In this document: positions 51,571 to 62,780 of the stretch, piece by piece
Layout of the letters: every line of letters starts with the position of its first letter
How positions within the stretch are numbered: position 1 is the first letter of the stretch
Assembly: GCF_963921235.1 (NCBI RefSeq)
Contig: NC_086097.1
Span: 138,696,001 to 138,760,000 of the forward strand
Source of the DNA: Mobula hypostoma
Taxonomy: Eukaryota
DNA: 64,000 nt
Direction of reading: 5' to 3'
Translations under genes and position numbers: made by a program
The notes under the pieces: model-generated
Told to the model about the DNA's origin: nothing
The model's input: only the letters and a program-made list of their open reading frames with translations
Database searches by the model: none

Positions 51571-52089
51571 GATGTTTGATGGTGTTGGGCATAGAGGGGT
51601 GATGGGAGGGGGTGGAGATGGAAGTAGAAGGTGATATTTGGTGGGTTTGGGGGTAGAGTGGTGATGGGAGAGGGTGTGGATAAAGATAGAAGAGTGATAT
51701 TTGGTGGGTTTGGGGGTAGAGTGGTGATGGGAGAGTGTGTGGATGGAGAGAGGGTGATGTTCAGTGAGGATGGGGCAGAGTGATGATTGGAGGGAGTTCA
51801 GATGGAGATAGAAGGGTGATGTTGAATGAGGGTAAGGGTGCGGATGGAAATAGGATGGGTGGGGTAGAGGAGAGATGCTCCATTTGTAAGTTTGTTCAGG
51901 TCTTGTGGCTTTGTAAATCCAGACAACCCACACACACCAGTTCTAAGAGAATGGAGAACAGGAGCAGAGTTGACCATTCAACGAACAAGGGCAATGAACT
52001 CCCTAGTACTGGTAGCCTAGTTGTAGTCTCAGACTTTTGATGGTAAGGTATTACCACTTAGACCAGGAATTATATCATGAACTCTGTTA

Positions 52090-52493
52090 TCCTTATGTTC
52101 AATCCGGGTAGCCTCCAACCTGATGGCATGAATATCGATTTCTCCTTCTGGTAAAAGAAAATTCCTTCCCCATCCCCATTTCTTCTATTCCCTACTCTGT
52201 GTCTTACCTCTTCATCCCTGCCTAACTGCTCCTCTGGGTCCCCTCCACCTATGGTTCACTCTCCTCTCCAATCAGATCCCTTCCTGTTCAGTCCTTTCTC
52301 TTTCCTACTCAGCTGACTTCACCTATCACATTCCCGCTATCCTCCTTCCCCTCCCCCACCTTTTTATTCTGGCATCTTCCCCCTTCCTTCTCAGTCCTGA
52401 AGAAGGGTTGTGGCCTGAAGCGTTGACGGTTTATTCACTTCCATAGATGTTGCCTGACCTGCCAAGTTCATCCACCATTTTGTGTGTGTTGCT
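52090..52493 (+). mobile_element. Penelope-like 3' fragment with near-intact hammerhead motif
   Basis: gggtagcctccaacctgatggcatgaatatcgatttc (GSLQPDGMNIDF, end of the GIY-YIG ORF, continuing the 54943-55230 sequence), pyrimidine tract, hammerhead-like motif at 52392-52429, conserved terminus. Confidence 0.85.
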
Positions 52494-54451
52494 TTTACCC
52501 TGGGTGGTTTTAGTAGAAGTTAGAGGTCAATGATGGCACTTTTGGTTTGCTGACTCTGACTGAAGATCTGTTGCACATCATTACGAAACCCCTGCCACCA
52601 ACAGCATTGCAGCCATGTTCCTGCCAATGGTCAGCAACACGTAAAGGCCCATGGTGAGTCCATCTTCCCTCTCCAAACAGAACATTGATAGAGTCTTCTT
52701 ATTCACGACCGCATAAAAGTTGACAAGCAGCTTTTATTTCCAAAGCAGGTTAATTTTGGAACAAATCTGGAAGGTAATCTGAGAAGTATTTCTTCAAAAC
52801 TGTACTTGGCTGTTTTAAACCCCCAATGAGTTTTCTCATTGAGTTCCTCACCGTCACTCATGGAGGCGCTCCCAGCCTTGAGGGTTCGGCCAAGGCCAGC
52901 AGATGCGACGGATGTGCTCAGGCAGCCAACGGGGTGAGCTAACCAATGAGTGACGCGCAACTTGATTTCTAATTCTTTCCCAGCTCATGAGAGAGCAAAC
53001 CTGACAGGGAGCAGAAATGGTCATTGCGTTGAAGTGGCTGCATTTACTTCCATGGTCCAAAATGCCAACAGCTTGGAAACAAACCAGGAAAGTGGTCTGA
53101 GCCAGTGCTCACACCTGGCCCTCACCCTGACCCCCTTACCCCCCCTTCAATCAGATATGGTTCCCCCAGAACCCCTGATTCACTGCTTTGGTCTCTCAGA
53201 ATGATAGTGCCTTCCACAGACTTTGTTTCACTCATTCAGTACTTCTTCGTAATTCAAAATATTTTCATTCTATCATTTATGCGAATTTATACTATTAGTC
53301 ATCTTTTTTTATATAATGCAGCTGTCAATACCTTCCTTGCCATCTCTAAGCTTGAGTAGAGAGCATCTGCAGGAAATGCCATCCGCTCCAGCCAGGGTGG
53401 TGTAGTGAAGATGTTGCTGAGTGTTTGTCAGAGGGAAGCTCTCTGATCACTGAGAGACGCACAGCTGGTTTGCAGCTGGCCTTGGGCTTTATGGGACCAG
53501 AGAGTCTGGCTGTCAGGTGTGCCTGTGGCGTACCAATGTTAGTGATAGAGCATAAATGTCCAGCTTACTGGTGACATCTTCATCCTGAGAAATGAGCTGC
53601 TGGGAGTCAATCATCTGGAACATGAGTTATTAAAATGGGAAGCCCGGAGGATATGAGGATGGAGGCTGTCAACTAACCATCTGGCTGAGCCATAGCCAAC
53701 ACGTTGCCTGTTTCCTGGAAGCAGACTCTGACCTTTTAACAAGAACACCATCAAAGGGACTAATCACACTATTCCCGATATCAGGGTGGCCCAAAGTGCC
53801 TTACGCCTGTGGTTGGAAAGGTGGTCCCCGTTGCAGGGAAGGTAGCACCGTCAACATGTGCATGGTAGGATCCCACAAACAGCAGGATGAAAGTGAACAG
53901 ATGTAGGTGCGTTAATCAAGAGATTGATGTTGGGTGGCAATGACAGGGGACAAACAAGGGCTCAGAGACACAGAGGAAGACACTTCTGAAGCCAAAGCCC
54001 TCTTCATTACTTGTAAGCAGGGATTACATGTAAAATTCCTGGAGAGAATTTGAAGGGGAAGAGCTAGTTCTTCCTTCGTTTTTTAACAGAATGTAGATGT
54101 CCCTGGCAAGACTATCACTTATTGCCCATCTGTAACTGCCCTTGAGAAGGTGGTGATGAGTGGCCTTCTTGAATAACTGCAGTCCTCCTTGTAAGGATCT
54201 CCCACAGAGCTTTTGGGGATGGAATTCCAGGATTTAGACCCTGTGACTATGAAGGACCAGTGATATGTTTCCAAGTTAGGATAGTGTAGGAGATGGAAGG
54301 GAAGCCACAGATGGTGCTCCTGTGTTCCTCTTACTGGTAGAGATCCTGGGTTTCAGCTGTTGGAATAGCTTGGGTAGGGTGACTGAGTGTATTTTGTAGA
54401 TTGTAACCCTGCACCTACTGGGCATTGATAATAGTGGGAATGAATGTTAAT

Positions 54452-54720
54452 AGACAATACACAATAGGTGCAGGAGTAGGTCATTTGGCCCTTCGAGCCA
54501 GCACCGCCATTCACTGTGATCATGGCTGATCATCCACAATCAGTATCCAGTTCCTGCCTTAGAAACATAGAAACATAGAAAATAGGTGCAGGAGTAGGCC
54601 ATTCAGCCCTTCGAGCCTGCACCGCCATTCAGTATGATCATGGCTGATCATCCAACTCAGAACCCTGTACCTGCCTTCTCTCCATACCCCCGATCCCTTT
54701 AGCCACAAGGGCCATATCTA
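54452..54720 (-). mobile_element. Two stacked short CR1 3' ends
   Basis: Both match the 3' UTR of the young CR1 (aataggtgcaggagtaggccattc); the second has an (ATAGAAAC)n tail. Confidence 0.85.
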
Positions 54721-54721
54721 C

Positions 54722-55232
54722 CCAGATATGTGTGGCCACTGGGAGATCCCGCCTCCTCTGGCAGACAGAGCACAGGCGCCCAGCGAAACAGTCTCCTAGC
54801 CTGCGTCCCCCACCATGCACCCCCCCCATCCCTTCCCACCGATCTCCCTCTCAGCACTTAGCCTCGTAAGCAGAGCAAGTGCTACACATGCCCTTACACT
54901 TCCTCCCTTACCACCATTCAGGGCCCCAGGCGGTCCTTCCAGGTGAGGCGACACTTCACCTGTGAGTCAGCTGGGGTGATATACTGTGTCCGGCGCTCCC
55001 AATGTGGCCTTCTATACATTGGCGAGACCCGACGCAGCCTGGGAGATCGTTTCGCTGAACACCTACGCTCTGTCCGCCAGAGGAAGCAGGATCTCTCAGT
55101 GGCCACACATTTTAATTCCACATCCCATTCCCATTCTGATATATCTATCCACAGCCTCCTGTACTGTCAAGATGAAGCCACACTCAGGTTGGAGGAACAA
55201 CGCCTTATATTCCATCTGGGTAGCCTCCAACC
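54722..55232 (+). mobile_element. Penelope-like element GIY-YIG endonuclease fragment with inverted 5' piece
   Basis: ORF 54943-55251: FTCESAGVIYCVRRSQCGLLYIGETRRSLGDRFAEH...VATHFN...EEQRLIFHLGSLQP. 54727-54807 is an imperfect reverse complement of 55031-55110. Confidence 0.9.
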
Positions 55233-56234
55233 TCATCCCCATAATCTTTGATTCCGCTATCTTTATGAGCTCTATCCATCTCTTTCTTGAAAGCATCCAG
55301 AGACTTGGCCTCCACTGCCTTCTGGGGCAGAGCATTCCACATATCCACCACTCTCTGGGTGAAAAAGTTTTTCCTCAACTCCGTTTGGGGTGCTTGACGA
55401 GCCATCAAAGTGGGTTACTTTGTCCTGGGTGGTACTGAACATCTTGAAACGTGTCGAGGACGCTCCATCTCATTCTGGGATCACATGTGTTAAGTGTGCA
55501 ATGCATTCACACTCTGATGCCAGCATCTGGGTCAGTGGACTTTGGGGCAAATGGAGTTCAGTGCATGTGCGAAGGCATTTTTAGGAGTCGCTGTGGCGGA
55601 TGGATGCCACCATCACCATGTTGGAAGCCCTCGTCATTAATAAAACACCCAGCTCAGCTGATAGTTCCTTTGAGGGCGGCTTCTACCTAGTGAATATTTC
55701 AAGGTTTTGGCGTTTCTCTCATTAATATGATTGTGGAGGTCACTATCGTAGAGCAGGTACAGACAAATAAACAGCAGCCAAATGATGAGTGCAGTGATGG
55801 AAGAGAGTGGATCTGTCAATCTGGAGATACTGTAACTCCTGTCACTAGGTACTGTTCTCCAAGTAGGATTTCTCTTCCTCTGATTAACTCCCCTCACCCT
55901 TTACTGTAAACTCCCTGGTGTCAGTGATCATGGGATTCACTAGAGGGGGGGGGGTGTAAAGAAAGGGAATGAGGACTCTGAGAGGAAGCTGGAATTCAAT
56001 GGGAACCAGACGACTGTGTATGTCACGCCTTTGCCAATACCCCTGCAGATGCTCACTGTATGTGGGGCACTGTAGCAGAACGAGAAGCTACTCGTCAGCA
56101 GAACGGCGGGATGGAGCGACACAGATCAGTGAGTGCTCTTGAGCTGATGCTGTGAGCACACACAAGTGGAGGTGATGGAGCCTGAGGTGCTGATTCACTG
56201 CTGAAAGGCGGTGAGGAGAGCTGGACAAAGATTA

Positions 56235-58815
56235 TCAGAGTCATACAGCACAGAAACAGGCCCTTTAGTTCTATTACCTGCATTTTGCCCCTATCCTTCT
56301 AAACCTTTGCAATCCGTATACACATGGTGAGCCTTTTAAGTGTTGTTAATGTACCTGCCCCAACCACTCATTCCATATATGCACCACCCTCCGAAAAAAT
56401 TGCCCCTCAGGTTCCTATTAAATCTCTCCTCTCTCTCATCTTATGCAATGGCAAGCATTTAAAGGTTGCATGGATGAACTACAACAATTGTTCATCCCAG
56501 TTTGGCAAAAGAATAAATCAAGGAAGGTAGTGCACCCGTGGCTGACAAGAGAAATTAGGGATAGTATCAATTCCAAAGAAGTAGCATACAAATTAGCCAG
56601 AGAAAGTGGCTCACCTGAGGACTGGGAGAAATTCAGAGTTCAGCAGAGGAGGACAAAGGGCTTAATTAGGAAGGGGAAAAAAGATTATGAGAGAAAACTG
56701 GCGGGGAACATAAAAACAGACTGTAAAAGCTTTTATAGATATGTAAAAAGGAAAAGACTGGTAAAGACAAATGTAGGTCCCCTGCAGACAGAAACAGGTG
56801 AATTGATTATGGGGAGCAAGGACATGGCAGACCAATTGACTAATTACTTTGGTTCTGTCTTCACTAAGGAGGACATAAATAATCTTCCAGAAATAGTAAG
56901 GGACAGAGGGTCCAGTGAGATGGAGGAACTGAGTGAAATACATGTTAGTAGGGAAGTGGTGTTAAGTAAATTGAAGGGATTGAAGGCAGATAAATCCCCA
57001 GGGCCAGATGGTCTGCATCCCAGAGTGCTTAAGGAAGTAGCCCAAGAAATAGTGGATGCATTAGTGATAATTTTTCAAAACTCGTTAGATTCTGGACTGG
57101 TTCCTGAGGATTGGAGGGTGGCTAATGTAACCCCACTTTTTAAAAAAGGAGGGAGAGAGAAACCGGGGAATTATAGACCGGTTAGCCTAACGTCGGTGGT
57201 GGGGAAACTGCTGGAGTCAGTTATCAAGGATGTGATAACAGCACATTTGGAAAGCGGTGAAATGATCGGACAAAGTCAGCATGGATTTGTGAAAGGAAAA
57301 TCATGTCTGACGAACCTCATAGAATTTTTTGAGGATGTAACTAGTAGAGTGGATAGGGGAGAACCAGTGGATGTGGTATATTTGGATTTTCAAAAGGCTT
57401 TTGACAAGGTCCCACACAGGAGATTAGTGTGCAAACTTAAAGCACACGGTATTGGGGGTAAGGTATTGGTGTGGGTGGAGAATTGGTTAGCAGACAGGAA
57501 GCAAAGAGTGGGAATAAACGGGACCTTTTCAGAATGGCAGGCGGTGACTAGTGGGGTACCGCAAGGCTCAGTGCTGGGACCCCAGTTGTTTACAATATAT
57601 ATTAATGACTTGGATGAGGGAATTAAATGCAGCATCTCCAAGTTTGCGGATGACACGATGCTGGGTGGCAGTGTTAGCAGTGAGGAGGATGCTAAGAGGA
57701 TGCAGGGTGACTTGGATAGGTTGGGTGAGTGGGCAAACTCATGGCAGATGCAATTTAATGTGGATAAATGTGAAGTTATCCACTTTGGTGGCAAAAATAG
57801 GAAAACAGATTATTATCTGAATGGTGGCCGATTAGGAAAAGGGGAGGTGCAACGAGACCTGGGTGTCATTATACACCAGTCATTGAAAGTGGGCATGCAG
57901 GTACAGCAGGCGGTGAAAAAGGCAAATGGTATGCTGGCATTTATAGCGAGAGGATTTGAGTACAGGAGCAGGGAGGTACTACTGCAGTTGTACAAGGCCT
58001 TGGTGAGACCACACCTGGAGTATTGTGTGCAGTTTTGGTCCCCTAATCTGAGGAAAGACATCTTTGCCATAGAGGGAGTACAAAGAAGGTTCACCAGATT
58101 GATTCCTGGGATGGCAGGACTTTCATATGAAGAAAGACTGGATGAACTGGGCTTGTACTCGTTGGAATTTAGGAGATTGAGGGGGGATCTGATTGAAACG
58201 TATAAGATCCTAAAGGGATTGGACAGGCTGGATGCAGGAAGATTGTTCCCGATGTTGGGGAAGTCCAGAACGAGGGGTCACAGTTTGAGGATAGAGGGGA
58301 AGCCTTTTAGGACCGAGCTTAGGAAAAACTTCTTCACACAGAGAGTGGTGAATCTGTGGAATTCTCTGCCACAGGAAACTGTTGAGGCCAGTTCATTGGC
58401 TATGTTTAAGAGGGAGTTAGATATGGCCCTTGTGGCTACAGGGGTCAGGGGGTATGGAGGGAAGGCTGGGGCGGGGTTCTGAGTTGGATGATCAGCCATG
58501 ATCATAATAAATGGCGGTGCAGGCTCGAAGGGCCGAATGGCCTACTCCTGCACCTATTTTCTATGTTTCTATGTTTCTATCTTAAACCTATGCCCTTGAG
58601 TTCTTGATTCCCCACCCCGGGAGAAAGACTGTGCACATTGATCCATGGTGATCTTATACAATTTCATAAGATCATCTTCACTTCACTGAGTAAAGTTCTA
58701 GCCTGCTCAACCATTCTCCCTAAATTAGTCCCTCGAGTCCTGGCAACTTTCTCATAAACCTTTGCTGCATCGTTCCAGCTTAAACACCCAACAGCAGGGT
58801 GACCAAAACTGAATG
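56235..58815 (-). mobile_element. Old CR1 3' region hosting the young + strand CR1
   Basis: Reads through as ctctctcatctta|aacctatgccc when the insert is removed. Confidence 0.65.
56444..58578 (+). mobile_element. Young 5'-truncated CR1 LINE with open RT reading frame
   Basis: ORF 56443-58482 (679 aa) with RT motifs including FADD; 3' hairpin and (TTTCTATG)n tail; 6-bp TSD ATCTTA at 56438-56443 and 58579-58584. Confidence 0.97.
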
Positions 58816-60077
58816 AGAGGGCATGGCACTGAATCTGGGCTGGATAGATGAGATGCAGGAATAGATCCTCCTAGTTCTGAACACTTCTTGAAGGTGGAGG
58901 AGTTGAGAATCAGGGCTCACAAACTGGGAAATGAGGTTGGCCATTTGGGTTTCCAATGAGGAGGGAGTTCTTCATCCTGAGAGTGATGAGCTGGTATTCA
59001 CAGAAGGCAGTGAGGCTAAATCTGCAATAGTGCTTCTTGACATAAAGAGTTCAAGGGGTGTGGGGAGAAATGAGCAACAGGTTAGTGAGTTTGGACAGCT
59101 TCGATCATGTTGACGATGGTGTAGATCAAAAGTGATGAACGGCCTACTGTTGCTCCTTATTTCATTGCTTCTATATTTCTCTACAGCATCTGCTCTCAGT
59201 TAAATAGAACTATCTGATGCTGGTGAGGCCCGCCCTGTCACCGTACCGTGTTTGGGTCTTGGGAAAGTGTGTTTGATTTATGTGCTAACCGCTCACCCGT
59301 CATCCTGTGCACCCTTGCTGTCTGGTGTTTAAACTTCCATCCCTACACCACCCCTCCCCCATGGTCTCATTCTTCTGTCTCTCCCCTCTGCGAATCCTGA
59401 CATCATCTAATACTGGCCTGTCAGTCCTCCCCTGGCTTTAATCTCGTCTGTGCCTAGAGCTCTGGAATTCTCTCCCTGTACCCCTCCACATTTCTCTCTT
59501 CTCTTGAGATGCCCCTTGAGCCTGTCTTCTGCCCATGCATCACTACCTCCCAAAGTGAATCGGTTTGGTCTGATAACTGCATCTCAGAATGATTTACAAT
59601 ATTAAATGCAGACTCGTCTTGAACAGGCAAATTGGGGCTGCTATTTTAATCAAATAAAGCCCATCCTCTTGTACTCTCTTACTGAAATGCTGTGGTGCCA
59701 AAAATTGTAGTCCTGACTAGGAGTGTATTTAATATGATGTAGCAGCATGGTTGCAAGTGCTGTACTAAATGGGTCAGTTATAATGAAAGTTGTATGGGAA
59801 ACAATTTACTACAGCTGCTTTCCATTTCAGTACCTGGTGATACCTTCTCACTCTCGCTGTCTGTCTCTTTCTCTCTATCTATCTATCTCTACATATTTAT
59901 CTCTATCTATCTATTCCTCTCTCTCTCTCTCTAATTCTGTCTTTCCCTCTATCTCTGTCTCTCATACACATTCTTTTTCTTGCAAGAAAGCTTATGTGAT
60001 TGCATTGTTCCAGTTAGGTTAGCAGACTTACACCCACTTCCCTGCTAACAGTAGTTTTGTTTTAATTTCTCTCCTAG

Positions 60078-60221
60078 GATGCAAAATAGATAATTGTGAC
60101 ACATGTTTCAGCAAAGACTTTTGTACAAAGTGCAAAGCTGGTTCATACTTGCACAAGGGGCGTTGCTTTGAAGAATGCCCTGAAGCATATGTACCATTGC
60201 AAGAGCACATGGAATGTGTGG
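60078..60221 (+). CDS. RSPO2: R-spondin-2(-like) coding exon 3: furin-like domain FU2
   Basis: ctcctag| acceptor and G|gtaagt donor, 144 nt. Encodes [51 protein letters not shown]4/5/6-binding F105 and F109 are present. Not listed in the ORF track. Confidence 0.96.
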
Positions 60222-61189
60222 GTAAGTGATCTCATATAACACCCCTTAAAGAGGGAATAGTGTATGCTTCCAGCAACTGGTTTTGTTTAAGATTTATTAA
60301 CACCTTGTGGATGGTCTAATAAATTGAGTTGTGTTGTCTTGCAATTGGTTACACCCAGAAATTGCTTGTTTTCCAACCAGGAAATGAGTGCATACGGTGA
60401 CCATGACATTTTTGGGATTTGGAGTTTGTATTAAGATATCAGCAATATTGTGAATATGTATCAATGGAATTTGCAAAATAGTTAAATCAGCCAGAATGGA
60501 CATCTGTAACAAATCATGTCATAATGATTCGAGCTACTAAATAGATCAGAAATATACAGTCTGCAATCTTGAAAGCGCCACATTCCCTGCCACCCACAGC
60601 TTCATTGGGGGGAGGGTGGGGGAGTTCTTATTCTTATTGCCCTCTGTGTCGAGAAGTGTTTCCTGATATTGTCCCAAACAGCTCCACTTCACGGACAAAC
60701 AGGAAACTGTCCCCTTTGTCTCATCTTTGGATTCTCTTCATCACTTAAAATGATTCAATAAACTCAAGAGAATGAAAAAAAAGCAGCAGATCAAACGGTG
60801 GTTAATCCTTTAAGGCCCTGTAAATTTCTGCATTGCCCCATAACCCAAACCCATCACCCCAGCCGATCTTCCCTTACAAGGCTGGTGATAGTATACAGCC
60901 AGCATAGAGTATACCTTGCCTGCATCTACCTTCCTAAGTATACTTGGGGCTGCATAAAATAGGGCACTGATTCCTTCCTCTCTGTCAACTGCAGCCCCTC
61001 TGAGACTGCGGCTGATGTTTATAAAACGAACCCTTGGAAGTTGTTCTTGGACCAATTACCTGACTGCTTGGAAAATTTTATTAGCATTTGCTCTGTGGAA
61101 AGTCTTAATACTTAATATCTGCTGGAATAGTAATAGCTCCAAATACAGAGGTTTAAAAAAAGTTAAGAGGCATTTACCACCTTTGCCCC

Positions 61190-61440
61190 AGGGTAGGGGA
61201 GTCCAAAACTAGAGAGCATAGGCTTAAGGTGAGACTGAAAAGCTTTAAAGGGCACATGAGGGGCAAATTTTTGAAACAGAGAGTGATGGGCATATGGAGT
61301 GAACTACTAGAGGAAGTGGCAGAGGTAGGTACATTTGGGTAGGTATGTGGAGGAATTTGGGCCAAGTGGAACCAGATCAGTTAGGTAATTTGGTTGGCAT
61401 GGAAGAGTTGGGCCGAAGGGTCGTTTAACTCTATGACTAT
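61190..61440 (+). mobile_element. Degraded CR1 3' fragment
   Basis: gggtaggggagtccaaaactagagagcatagg...gttgggccgaaggg...ctctatgactat. Confidence 0.75.
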
Positions 61441-61625
61441 ATTGTACAAGATGCAGGGATCTTGCAGAAGGTTTAGTTGCTTCACTCTTACACCTGGAAT
61501 GCCTTTGTGGGTGGGTCGGCGGGGGGGTGGTTGACTTCAGTCAGTGTGTGCCCAGCTAAGTTGCATCCATTCTTACACTCGCTCGGATCTGGTCTCAGCC
61601 TAACGTGCATGTTTCTGGTCTTCAG

Positions 61626-61814
61626 AGGGCTGTGAGGTTGGACCGTGGAGCAACTGGGGAACTTGTATAAAGAATGACAAAACATGCGGCTACAAGTGGG
61701 GGCTGGAAACCAGGAGACGGCAGATCGTGAAGAAGCCAGCAAGGGACACCATTCCCTGTCCAACCATCGCAGAATCCAGGAGATGTAAAATGGAAAAGCG
61801 GCACTGTCCAGGAG
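61626..61814 (+). CDS. RSPO2: R-spondin-2(-like) coding exon 4: thrombospondin type 1 domain
   Basis: tcttcag| acceptor and G|gtaagg donor, 189 nt. Encodes EGCEVGPWSNWGTCIKNDKTCGYKWGLETRRRQIVKKPARDTIPCPTIAESRRCKMEKRHCPG with the WxxWxxC motif. Confidence 0.96.
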
Positions 61815-62159
61815 GTAAGGGAGTCGTTGAGTGGGTCTTTCATCTGAACTGTTGACTGTTGCTCTATTCCAGTATGTTATCTGCCCTCCAGAATTTCTGA
61901 CTTTATTTCAGATTTGCTCAGCTGCAAGTTTTTGATGTTCACTCTCTCAGAGTGCTCCCTGTTATTGTGTTGCCCTTTCAATATTGCCGTGGTGTGTATG
62001 GGGCCAGGGAGCCTACCTTGATATTCAGTGGATACAGGAGATATATTTGAGTGCAGAACATGCTTAGCTGTGAGCACTCTCCATGGGCTGCTGCAGAACC
62101 CTGCACTGTGGTTAACTCCTGGTGGAGCTCCACCTTTCTCCAAGGGCAAGCAACTCACT

Positions 62160-62780
62160 GATTGTCCCCGTCCGAGGTGTGACTGGTGGACAGTGCTGTA
62201 TGTGGATTGTCCATGCCCGAGGTGTGACTGGTGGACAGTGCTGTATGTGGACTGTCCACACCTGAGGTAGGTACATTTGGGTAGGTATGTGGATTGTCCA
62301 TGCCCGAGGTGTGACTGGAGGACAATGGTGTATGTGGATTGTCCATGCCCGAGGTGTGTCTGGTGGACAGTGCTGTATGTGGATTGTCCACGCCCGAGGT
62401 GTGCCTGGTGGACAGTGCTGTATGTGGATTGTCCATGCCCGAGGTGTGACTGGTGGACAGTGCTGTATGTGGATTGTCCATGCCCGAGGTGTGACTGGTG
62501 GACAGTGCTGTATGTGGACTGTCCACGCCTGAGGTAGGTACATTTGGGTAGGTATGTGGATTGTCCATGCCCGAGGTGTGACTGGAGGACAATGGTGTAT
62601 GTGGATTGTCCACGCCCGAGGTGTGTCTGGTGGACAGTGCTGTATGTGGACTGTCCACCCCTGAGGTAGGTACATTTGGGTAGGTATGTGGATTGTCCAT
62701 GCCCGAGGTGTGCCTGGTGGACAGTGCTGTATGTGGATTGTCCATGCCCGAGGTGTGCCTGGTGGACAGTGCTGTATGTG
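62160..62780. repeat. Composite minisatellite of 45-bp units with three 42-bp variant units
   Basis: 45-mer gtggattgtccatgcccgaggtgtgactggtggacagtgctgtat; 42-mer gtggactgtccacacctgaggtaggtacatttgggtaggtat. Confidence 0.95.

Noticed and set aside
49895..51592. 565-aa Pro/His-rich ORF on the minus strand
   Set aside because: Translation of the 65-bp minisatellite; the period is not a multiple of 3 and the open frame reflects C-rich composition.
61830..61930. Additional hammerhead-type Penelope terminus right after exon 4
   Set aside because: Only faint similarity (tgttgactgtt, ctccagaattt); core nucleotides are not recognisable.
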